Shown here in pieces: positions 27,746 through 40,016 of a stretch of DNA of 64,000 nt. The translations under genes and the position numbers were made by a program. The first letter of the stretch is position 1. Each line of letters starts with the position of its first letter. Source of the DNA: Proteromonas lacertae (taxonomy: Eukaryota); NCBI GenBank assembly GCA_002245135.1, contig NGBS01000584.1, positions 124,001 through 188,000 on the forward strand, in the 5' to 3' direction. The notes under the pieces were generated by a model. The model ran no database searches. It was not told the DNA's origin and saw only the letters and a program-made list of their open reading frames with translations.

Positions 27746-28802
27746 ATGTCCGATACTAAAAAAACAGTCATTAGTGTCACAGTTAAAGGAACTGTCGATG
27801 AAGCCAAACAGATACTCCACGACGTTGAGGAGCAAGTGATCAACACTGTATGGATTAATTTTCATAATCTTTACTATAGGTCAAAGATTTGATGAAGAAA
27901 TCATCAGGAAAGTTCTGTGATCCAGATTTTGGACCAAGTAAGAAAGACTCTAACGGAGCAAAAGCCTTATACAGAAGTGGAACTCCTCCCAATGGTTACA
28001 TTGCAGTAAACAATGTAGAATGGTTAAGACCTAACTATGAAGGATGTAATGCTTCAGAGAATCCTAGTTTATGTGAAAATGGTAATTTATTTAGTGGAGG
28101 TCATAGTGCTGGAGATGTAAACCAAGGTAGTTTAGGTGATTGTTGGTTCTTGAGTTCAATAGCTGTTTTAGCTGAAAAGGCTTGTTATTTAGAGAATATA
28201 TTCTTTACCAAGCCATCTGTTGATGAAAAACAAATAACAAATGGAGTTCCTGAATGGAAAGAGAAAGGTATCTGGGTTTGTCGATTCAATCAAAATTTCC
28301 GTTATCACTATGTAATAATCGATGATAGATTACCTGTGAATAAAAAGACAAAACGATTAATATTTGGTCATTGTGAAGAGAAGAATGAACTTTGGGTTCC
28401 TTTAATCGAGAAAGCTTATGCCAAGTTGGAAGGTAGTTATGATAGTTTAATTGGTGGTTTTATTGATACTGGTCTTCGTGATTTAACAGGATTATGTGCC
28501 AATTCAATGACAATCGATCCGAACAATTCTAGTTTCAGTGAAAACACGAAGAAAATGATTGAGAATGGTGAATTATATAAGATGATTGATCAAACAATAA
28601 AGAATGGTTCAATGATGGGTTGTTCTATCTCTCCAAAACGTATATAATATTATATCAATTACTTTATATCTATATCTATAACTATCTAATTAAAATGATG
28701 ATTAATCGAAAAATTGTCCACTACTTTTGAAACAAATGATATTGAATCGATTATACTGATTTTATCATATTTTAATTATCTATCTATATAATATTTTGTA
28801 AC

Positions 28803-28846
<44 letters not shown>

Positions 28847-30651
28847 TGAATATAAAATTAATATAATATAATAGCTGGAGGGAATAGTGCAGCTGAAGCT
28901 GATGCTGGAAATGGTTTAATTCAAAGACATGCTTACAGTATATTAGGAGTAATAACAATCAATGCTGGAGGTGATACTCAATTGATTGTATTAAGAAATC
29001 CTTGGGGTAAAGGAGAATGGCAAGGAGAATGGAGTGACAACTGTCCAAAGAAAGCTAAATATGTTGACAAAATCAAAGAAGCCTGGAAAAACAGTCAAAA
29101 GAAAGTAGAAGTAGAAAACAACGCATTAGTTGATGGAACTGAACAAACTCAAGAAATGAAAAAGGAACAAAAAGAAGCAATACAAAATACAATAGAAGAT
29201 ATAACAAGTGATGAAGATAATGGTATATTCTTAATGTCATTTAAAGAATGGACTAAAAGATTCAGTCAAATTTTCATGTGTTTGAACTTCCCAGATGAAT
29301 TCAGAGGATATAGAATTCGAGGAAAATGGGAAAAAGATACAGCAGGAGGTAATATGACATTACAAACATGGAAGAAGAATCCAAAATATGAATTCGAAGT
29401 AAATAAAGATAATACTTCTTTATTTATCCAAATTTGTCAAAAAGATTTACGTTATCAATATGGAAAAGACTATAGTAAAAACAATATGATCTTAGGATTT
29501 CATATTTTACCAAGTAATTTCGATTTTAAACCAGCTCGTATTCGACCTCCAAAATTCATTCCTGGTACAAGTGATGGTGAATGGGAACAAACGATTTATT
29601 CAATCCAAGATACCAATTCCGTGAATATAAAAATGAACAAAGGTAGTTATATATTAGTTCCAAGTACCTTTGAGAGAGGTCAAGTAGGTGAATTTACAAT
29701 CAATATATATGCTGATGATGATATGATGTATGTTCAAGACAGTGAGATAATAGCTGAAGAAGAAGAAGTAGATGGTCCAGTAATTCCTCCTCGTGAGAAG
29801 AAAGTATTTGATTTGGGTAGTTTTGATCCTGAAAAATTCGAAGAAGCCAAAGATTATTATATTAGTAAGATTGATGAAAGAAATATAAAAGTAGATGAAG
29901 TATTAAATAATTATCACAATTTGAGTAATGAAGAAAAAGAGAAGAATATGAGTGTTGATGAATTCCGAAATGAATTAGAAAAGATTGGTTATAATGATGA
30001 AGAAGATAAGAAAGATGAACATGTATTACCATTAGGAGGTGAAGATGGTCAATATCAAATCAGTGATATAATCGAAATGTTAGAAGGAGTAAATCAAAGT
30101 AAGAAAATGAGAGGTGAAAAAGAAAAACACTCTGATGATGATGATTTAGCAGAAAATGGTTCAGTAACTGATATAAAGAAAGTTGTATATTATTAATTAT
30201 AATTATTATTTATAATTTATAATATATATAGAAAAAAGTAATTCATTGTACCCATTGTGGATGTTATATTGATGTTACATGTGATAAATGTAATGAATTC
30301 CCTATTAACTTAAAACCAAGCTTCGCTCAAGTGTTTATTTGTGAAGATTGTAATTCAAGAAATGTGATCGTTTCAAATGTTCCAAAACCTGATCATATGG
30401 CATGTCAAGGATGTAAGAAAGAATTCAAGCCAAAGAAGAAGGGAATTGTATAATAATTTTACATTTATTTTTTATAGCCATGTGTAAGATGCAAGTGTGG
30501 TATTGCTATGTCTTTGAAATGCCCAAGCTGTCACAAATTCAGTGATGTCAAGGATGTTAGAGTTCCTGTAAAATGTGGTGATTGTGATGCTACAAGTTTA
30601 GTGTCTGCAGTTATTGCAGAAGGTTGGAAATGTATTAAACATAGAGATTAA
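27746..30651 (+). CDS. Calpain-like cysteine protease, copy 1 (CysPc + domain III + CxxC-rich tail)
   Basis: Catalytic triad motifs QGSLGDCWFLSS, HAYSI and LRNPWG. Long intron at 28640-28874, further introns at 30185-30231 and 30448-30477, and a Cys-rich C-terminus. Confidence 0.93.
28691..28764 (+). ncRNA. Intronic box C/D snoRNA candidate
   Basis: TAAA-ATGATGA (28695-28701) ... TTGA ... ATGATA ... CTGA (28756-28759)-TTTTA, with a short terminal stem, inside a 235-nt intron. Confidence 0.75.
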
Positions 30652-31042
30652 ACATTTATCTTAATGATAGCAGTATATCACCCTTATAATTCCCATATAA
30701 CACCATAATTGTTAAAATGTTTGTGTTTCTTAAAATTTAAATGCAAATTAAATGCATTATATCAAATAATATTTGGTTATTATAAAAACAATAAAATAAT
30801 CAACATATAAAAATCTATATCCAGGGAAATGCTATTTTATGCTCACACTGGCCATTCTTATATTGCATATGATAATAAATTAAGTAAATTCTATCTACAA
30901 TACACTTTTGGTTTTGAGTAAGTTCAAGATCTGAGCTTGATTCACCGAGGCTAATTTAATTAGAGTAAGTATACATAGAATATCAGAAATGATATAGCCG
31001 TTTCTTCATCAGTTACATACAGTTATAATTGATTTCGTATAA

Positions 31043-32099
31043 ATGACTGATAAAACAAAGACTATTATAAGTGTTTCTGTACATGGAACTGTCGATGAAG
31101 CCAAACAGATATTACACGATACAGAAGAACAAGTCATTAACACTGTATGGAATTATTTGCATTATTTATTATGTAGGTTAATGAATTGATTAAAACATCA
31201 TCAGGAAAGTTCTGTGATCCAGATTTTGGACCAAGTAAGAAAGACTCTAACGGAGCAAAAGCCTTATACAGAAGTGGAACTCCTCCCAATGGTTACATTG
31301 CAGTAAACAATGTAGAATGGTTAAGACCTAACTATGAAGGATGTAATGCTTCAGAGAATCCTAGTTTATGTGAAAATGGTAATTTATTTAGTGGAGGTCA
31401 TAGTGCTGGAGATGTAAACCAAGGTAGTTTAGGTGATTGTTGGTTCTTGAGTTCAATAGCTGTTTTAGCTGAAAAGGCTTGTTATTTAGAGAATATATTC
31501 TTTACCAAGCCATCTGTTGATGAAAAACAAATAACAAATGGAGTTCCTGAATGGAAAGAGAAAGGTATCTGGGTTTGTCGATTCAATCAAAATTTCCGTT
31601 ATCACTATGTAATAATCGATGATAGATTACCTGTGAATAAAAAGACAAAACGATTAATATTTGGTCATTGTGAAGAGAAGAATGAACTTTGGGTTCCTTT
31701 AATCGAGAAAGCTTATGCCAAGTTGGAAGGTAGTTATGATAGTTTAATTGGTGGTTTTATTGATACTGGTCTTCGTGATTTAACAGGATTATGTGCCAAT
31801 TCAATGACAATCGATCCGAACAATTCTAGTTTCAGTGAAAACACGAAGAAAATGATTGAGAATGGTGAATTATATAAGATGATTGATCAAACAATAAAGA
31901 ATGGTTCAATGATGGGTTGTTCTATCTCTCCAAAACGTATATAATATTATATCAATTACTTTATATCTATATCTATAACTATCTAATTAAAATGATGATT
32001 AATCGAAAAATTGTCCACTACTTTTGAAACAAATGATATTGAATCGATTATACTGATTTTATCATATTTTAATTATCTATCTATATAATATTTTGTAAC

Positions 32100-32146
<47 letters not shown>

Positions 32147-34444
32147 TGAATATAAAATTAATATAATATAATAGCTGGAGGGAATAGTGCAGCTGAAGCT
32201 GATGCTGGAAATGGTTTAATTCAAAGACATGCTTACAGTATATTAGGAGTAATAACAATCAATGCTGGAGGTGATACTCAATTGATTGTATTAAGAAATC
32301 CTTGGGGTAAAGGAGAATGGCAAGGAGAATGGAGTGACAACTGTCCAAAGAAAGCTAAATATGTTGACAAAATCAAAGAAGCCTGGAAAAACAGTCAAAA
32401 GAAAGTAGAAGTAGAAAACAACGCATTAGTTGATGGAACTGAACAGACTAGAGACATGAAGAAAGAAAGAAGAAAGGCAGTGATGGATACAATAGAAGAT
32501 ATAACAAGTGATGAAGATAATGGTATATTCTTAATGTCATTTAAAGAATGGACTAAAAGATTCAGTCAAATTTTCATGTGTTTGAACTTCCCAGATGAAT
32601 TCAGAGGATATAGAATTCGAGGAAAATGGGAAAAAGATACAGCAGGAGGTAATATGACATTACAAACATGGAAGAAGAATCCAAAATATGAATTCGAAGT
32701 AAATAAAGATAATACTTCTTTATTTATCCAAATTTGTCAAAAAGATTTACGTTATCAATATGGAAAAGACTATAGTAAAAACAATATGATCTTAGGATTT
32801 CATATTTTACCAAGTAATTTCGATTTTAAACCAGCTCGTATTCGACCTCCAAAATTCATTCCTGGTACAAGTGATGGTGAATGGGAACAAACGATTTATT
32901 CAATCCAAGATACCAATTCCGTGAATATAAAAATGAACAAAGGTAGTTATATATTAGTTCCAAGTACCTTTGAGAGAGGTCAAGTAGGTGAATTTACAAT
33001 CAATATATATGCTGATGATGATATGATGTATGTTCAAGACAGTGAGATAATAGCTGAAGAAGAAGAAGTAGATGGTCCAGTAATTCCTCCTCGTGAGAAG
33101 AAAGTATTTGATTTGGGTAGTTTTGATCCTGAAAAATTCGAAGAAGCCAAAGATTATTATATTAGTAAGATTGATGAAAGAAATATAAAAGTAGATGAAG
33201 TATTAAATAATTATCACAATTTGAGTAATGAAGAAAAAGAGAAGAATATGAGTGTTGATGAATTCCGAAATGAATTAGAAAAGATTGGTTATAATGATGA
33301 AGAAGATAAGAAAGATGAACATGTATTACCATTAGGAGGTGAAGATGGTCAATATCAAATCAGTGATATAATCGAAATGTTAGAAGGAGTTAGTCAATTA
33401 AAGTCAATGAGAAATATGAAAGAGAAACACTCTGATGATGATGATTTAGCTGGAAATGGAGTAGTGACTGATGTTAGTAAAGTTAAAAGAGTAATAAGAT
33501 GTTTAGAATGTAATTCATTGATAGATATTACATGTCCAAAATGTCATGAATTCCCTGAAGATACTAAAGTTCATTATGCATATATATTAAAATGTGAAAA
33601 ATGTGATGAAAAGAATGTAATTGTATCATCACTTAAAAAATTAGATATTTTAAAGTGTCCAAATTGTCAAGAACAGAATAAGAAGAATAAGAATGGTGTT
33701 GCATGTTTAAGATGTAATTGTGGTGTTACCATGTCTCTTAAATGTCCTTGCTGTCATAAGACTACTAGAGCAAGAGATGTACGTGTTAGTGTTACATGTC
33801 CTGAATGTCAAATTACTAGATTCGTTCCTCTTAATAGTGAGAAAGATTCAAAATGCCCAATTCCACATGATACTGATAATGATGAAGATAAAAATAAACT
33901 GGCTGTAAAAGGTTCTACAGAAACAACAGAATCAAAACCTGTTGAAGAAGAAGCACCAATTGAAGAAGAAAAACCAGTTGAAGAAGAAGAACCAGCAGAA
34001 GAGGAAAAACCAGCTGAAGAAACACCAGCTGAAGAAGAAGAAGCACCAGCTGAAGAAGAACCTCCAGCTGAAGAAGAAGCACCAGTTAAAGAAGAAGCAC
34101 CAGCTGAAGAAGAAGCACCAGTTAAAGAAGAAGCACCAGTTGAAGAAGAAGGAGAAGGAGAAGGAGAAGGAGAAGGAGAAGGAGAAGGAGAAGGAGAAGG
34201 AGAAGGAGAAGGAGAAGAGAAGGAGAAGAGAAACACAGTTGAAGAAGGAGAAGAAGGAGAAGGAGAAGGAGAAGGAGAAGGAGAAGGAGAAGGAGAAGGA
34301 GAAGCTGCACCAGAAGGTGTAGAAGAAATAGAACAAGATTCTCTACCACAGGGAGAAGAAGGTGATTTAGTAAATGATGATAATGTTGTGTTAGGTGAAG
34401 ATAATGATGAAGATGAAGATGAAGAAACTGTAGAAGAAGATTAA
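31043..34444 (+). CDS. Calpain-like cysteine protease, copy 2, with CxxC domain and EEEAP/Glu-Gly tail
   Basis: Same catalytic motifs as copy 1 and a near-identical core, plus an extra acidic repeat tail. Confidence 0.93.
31988..32061 (+). ncRNA. Intronic box C/D snoRNA candidate (duplicate of 28691-28764)
   Basis: Same sequence as the copy-1 candidate; C box at 31992-31998 and D box at 32053-32056. Confidence 0.75.
33940..34303 (+). repeat. Coding repeats: ~18-bp EEEAP(A/V) units and (GAAGGA)n Glu-Gly tracts
   Basis: Directly visible in the sequence and translation. Confidence 0.9.
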
Positions 34445-34557
34445 ATTAGAAATATATATAAATAGTAATTTTGAATTAAAAATCTCTTTTTTGTTTATTT
34501 TATATAGTATATTGTGTTTTAAAAACAGAATAATAATAAAAAAAGTGTTAAGAATAT

Positions 34558-37500
34558 CTATTGATCAAATATAATATTAAAAGCTTGATTCATATTTCTA
34601 TTACAGTTCTGATAAACTGTTTTACATCTATCATAAGGCTGATTTGATATTTCTACTAAATTTCTAATATTCTCTTCATCTTCTTTGGTCAGTTCTAGAT
34701 TTACTGATGGTTGTATGTTATTTTCACCATTTCTAATTGCTAGTGGAGGAACAGGAGTTTTATCTTCTCCCCATGGTTCAACTATATCATTCTTTCTACT
34801 GTTAATAACAACAGATACAGCTGGAGTAAAATGACGATGATAAGCACTATTAAAACATAAAATAAACATATGAGAATCATACTTTGAGGAGATGTTATAT
34901 TTGTATTTATAAATATAATCTTCTTTCAAAAATACACTACCATTCGATGCTTCTTGTGTAGCAAATCCAATATCAAATATATTACTATTAGAGTCGCAAT
35001 TCTTCAATTGAAAGCCAACATACTATAATTATTATATTATCACATATATATATATATTATACTTGATTTGCTTTTATGGGAATTGGATTTTGAAAAGAGA
35101 TAAAACCATATCTATTCTTGTATGTGGCTTTAGGAAGATCAACTATGTATTTCAATTTAAAACCAGATTCCTATTAAAAAAAAAAGCAATAACACTAATA
35201 ATATATACACTCCAACACTTTTTAAGTGCACATCTTGTAACAATATAGTTTTTAATTTCATTCTTTTCTTCATATTCAACATTATAAATATCTTTATCAA
35301 GTATTTCAGTAATACTTCCATAATCGTTATTACAATAAACAGAATCTTCAACTTTCAATTCACATTTCTTTCCATCAAAATTCTCTGGTTTTTCATCATA
35401 AGATTCATAATCATATATTCCTAACATAACATCAGGTATTTCATTAACTACAATATCTTTTGTATAGAAATGAATTCCTTTAATAAAACCATCTTCAGAG
35501 TTTGGAATATTAAGTAACATCCATTTTGTAAATGAGTAAGAATCAGAAACATTACATGAACCAGTAAATGAAGTTGGACCAATAATAATGTTGTTTAATA
35601 AGTCATGATTTGTAGTTAATTGTTTAGGAACTATATCCATTCCTCTTCTATTCTTTATATCAACAAACAATTGTATTAAAGAATAGAACATTTCTTCATT
35701 ATTTTTATCTCTTTTTCTTTTACATAAATTACCTCCAAATGCTGATTCATAACTTGCTGTTCCATATAACCAATTCAAAATATCATAAAAATCTTCTGCT
35801 GTTTGTCCAGTTGGTATTGGTACTTTATATGTTATATGAATAGTGTTAAAGAACTTTATTAACCCTAATACTTTTATATGACATTTACAGTGCTCTTCCA
35901 TCATTTTTGTTTTTGATTTTTCAACTTTAGACTTCAAAAGATTAAATAAACCTATAATATGAATATAAATATATATTTATACATATTGGATCTGTGTAAC
36001 ATATTTTGTTTATTTCAGTTTCAGATAAGACTTTCTTTTCAACCAACCAACTAATAAATGCTAAACTTCTATATAAATATATAAAATTTACACTAAATAT
36101 ACTTAACACCAGTTTTGATTTTTCTACTAATTGATAAAATAAAATCAAAATCCATTGTATGAATTTCACTTATCAATAGTCTATACAAATCACTTAAAAT
36201 TACTTCATTCAAATTCTTACTAATACAATATTTGTAAAACACAGGATCAGCTAAATATGATAAACAGGTAGATGCAATTGGAGGGTAAATAAAACCATCT
36301 TCAATAACACATCCTGGGGATGGAATAACAGAGTTTAATAATGCAGAAATACCATTATCTAAATAACTGTAATCCATATCACTTCCCCATAATTTAGCTA
36401 ATTCATCCCATGATTTATACTTCTTATCCGTTACATTTACAAAGAATGGCGAATCTGGCAAAATAAACTGAACTAAATCTGTAGTGATATCTAGTAATCT
36501 AATAATTGCTTTACAACTTGGGACTTTTGTTAATGCAAAGATTGTTGATAGTAAGTTTTTGACTTTGTAATATCTTTGTTGAACCAAAATACATAAATTG
36601 GTTATGTTTAATAAGAACTTTGCTACTAAATGATTATTTCTAATGTCTTCTGGTGTAATGATAGTAGTTGGTTGTGGAATCACTGAAGTTAGTAATTGAG
36701 ACTTTTTAATATTATCATCTTGATTGCAACAAGTTAAAATAGCATCCTATGTAGATAAATAATAATAATATATACTTTCAACATAGAATCTTCATTTACA
36801 TCAATTGATAATAAAAATGTGAATAAATTGTTAATACCATTCTCTAATACCTTAACATCCACATTTCCTTGTAAGTATAATGGTGAAATATAGTCTTCAA
36901 AATTGTCATGTAATAATTGAAGTACTTGCATCTTATGTTCAGGGAATATTTTACACGCTTCAATAAGGAAGTTACACCATTTTTCAATTGTATCATTCCA
37001 TTCATTAAGAATTACTATTTTGAATAGATAATTCACTGACAATTGTATCTATTAACAATATAATCTAATTGTATTTTTATACAATATCATTTCTATTAAT
37101 TCCAGTTTTCATCAATACTTCAGAATAGTCATTAAAGTGAGTGAATATTTCAGAATAAACTTGCAACAGCAATTCTGAGAGACTTGAATTGATTATTCTT
37201 TTCTCTTGATTGAACTTATCGTTGTTGATCTTAATATCATCACAGACTGATCTTAATTCGTTAGATATTCCACTATCATTCTTATAATCAGTCATAATAT
37301 CTTTACGTTTGTATAACAACAAATATGCTGAGTTGCTACTACCAGATGAAGGAAATGCTTCATGTTCAATACCTGACCAATCAATAGATGAAACACTTTT
37401 ATCATTGAAATTAAACCATTTATCATCAATCTATATAATAATAATAATAGTAATAAGATATTAATATACTTTTATAAATGAATAATAATGACCAGCATTT

Positions 37501-39262
37501 GCTTGACCTTTATGAATCACCACTCCTGTTAATTCATACATTATTTCTTTCTTTGGTCTTTTCTATAAATATAATAATAATGATGCAAAATCAATAGAAT
37601 TATACATTTGAATCATCATCCTTCTTCTCTTCTTTATTATTTTGATAAAATTCATATGTATAAGGATACATATCAACTTCTTTGGGGAATGACAATTTAC
37701 TATTATCTTTTACCACTGTAAATGTTTCATCTATAGAATAATAATAATAACATAATAAATATATACAATCCAACTTCATTCTTTTAAGATTCATAAATAT
37801 GAATGGTGGTAATGAAGTGTATCTTTCACATTTAAACAATTCAGACTTTGTATTACATTCTCCACAAGTAATCTCTGTTCCTACTGACTTAAATTCAACA
37901 GAATCTTTTAATGCTTCATCCAATGATGAGAATTCTAAATATTATTTAATATATATATATATATACTTTCAATGGGAATATCAATACAATACATAGGTTG
38001 TCTATTGATTCCAATATGTTCACATTTCTCTCTTTTTGTTATTGTTACAATTTCACCTTTAAGAAATTCATCAATGAATGAATGACAATTGTACATTCTA
38101 CATAATTCATCCAATACATTAATCAAATTATCATAAAATGATCTTACATCATTTTGAGACCTTCTATTTATAAAAACAATAACATATTTATATTAATACA
38201 CATTAAAATCCAAATGCAATATCTGACAACTATCAACAAAATGCTCAGTGTCTTGGAAATGAGTTGAACTATATTCCAAATGCATAAATATCTTTTGTAA
38301 TTCATTCAACAATAATATCTTTTCTTTATTCTCTTCCTATTTCAATAAACTATATATAATAATTATACTGTTTCTGTTATTGATGATGTTGTAATTGATA
38401 ATATAGCTTCTCTGATTGGTTGAATATGATATAATTGTTGTATTAATGAATTAACATAACAAGTAGAACCTAAATTCCTTAATCCACTATGATCTTTTGA
38501 AGATCTTACATATACATCTTTTACATTTATATTACCTGGTTTTCCATTCCAATTCAACTTAATAAATGGCTGTAAAATATCCATACTTACATCATATGAA
38601 TTGTTCTTGAATATACATTCCAATATTCTATAACAATTACTAATTGTACTCTCTTTAAAAGCAACCATTGGATTACTAAATAAAATTTTATTAATTATAA
38701 TATTCAATAATCTACTTTCAACAGAGAATTGAAAAACGCAATTCTCTAAGGCATAACTCAATACTTCCAGTATATTTGATATATAATTCTCATTATCTAA
38801 GTTATCTTCTATTATATTAATCATATCATCAATTGAACGGTTTAACTCAGGACATTCACTGTTTTGTGAATGAATATTATCAATCCATTTCTTTAACCTT
38901 GTAACAGCATCATTTGATAAGTTTTTATCTGGAACAGATGCTATTATTTTATCATAAAAGTCATTCACAATCTTCTCAATAGGTCTATGAGAGTAATATA
39001 AATTAATAAAGTCTTTTCCTATTGGATGTAGTATGAATCTTATGTTAAAAGGAGATGCCATACTTCGTTCATAGGCTTCTACATATTTATCAATACATCC
39101 ATCAAATAAAGGTAATAGTGATGTATTTGCTTCTAATAGTGGATACAAAAGATCTAAAATATCATCACATTGTCTATCTCTAAATCTATCATCTTTCTCA
39201 AGAACAGCTTCCATTACTTCGCTGTATACTTTTACTAATCCTTCAGCTTCTCCTATTTATAT

Positions 39263-39293
<31 letters not shown>

Positions 39294-39985
39294 CTAATGC
39301 ATTCATCTTTATATTTAATTAATATCTTCTTAATACTCTGTTGTGTAGATGAAACTATTCTTTTAGACACTTGTTTCATCATATCTTTATTTCTATACAC
39401 AAACTGAATCAAGCCTGATACACCGTTATTACGTTTGAAAGTTTCTTTTATTTCTTCAATATTAAAAGTATCATCATTAAAGAATTGATTAATATTGAAC
39501 AGATAATATGCAACTGTAAAGAAATCTTGTTTAAACAAATTCTCCCAATTTATAGAAAGCCAATTTCTTATTTCTTCACAAAAGCTGGAAGGAAGCATAA
39601 ACTCATCAATATCAAACCAAACTTTATTAACAAACTGTGGTGTATCATCATTGATTCTCTTTGAAAATACTTGAAACATTAACTTTTGAGTATTTTCAAT
39701 ATGTTGTATTATATTATAATCAGGTTCTACATCGAACTGTTCTACAGAATAATGAAACGCCAATTTATCTTTCTTTACACAACAAACAGGTAAATGAATA
39801 TTTAGTGGAAATGGCTTTTCTGATGATGTTAATGTGTAATCTGGTGGTAAGACGACAACATTACGTAATTCTTCTAATATTACACTTAATGGTGTAATTC
39901 CATAATGTGTAAATCTATAATCTTGACCTTTGTAATTGACAATTACAACTGCATAATCGCTAAAGCAAAAACGATTCTATTGATA

Positions 39986-40016
<31 letters not shown>

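Noticed and set aside
30905..31020. Possible H/ACA snoRNA between the calpains
   Set aside because: One plausible hairpin (AAGTTCA/TGAGCTT) and an AGAGTA box, but no convincing second hairpin.
33720..34349. SP-, FS-, KE- and L-repeat ORFs
   Set aside because: Alternative frames of the GAAGGA/EEEAP repeats in calpain copy 2.
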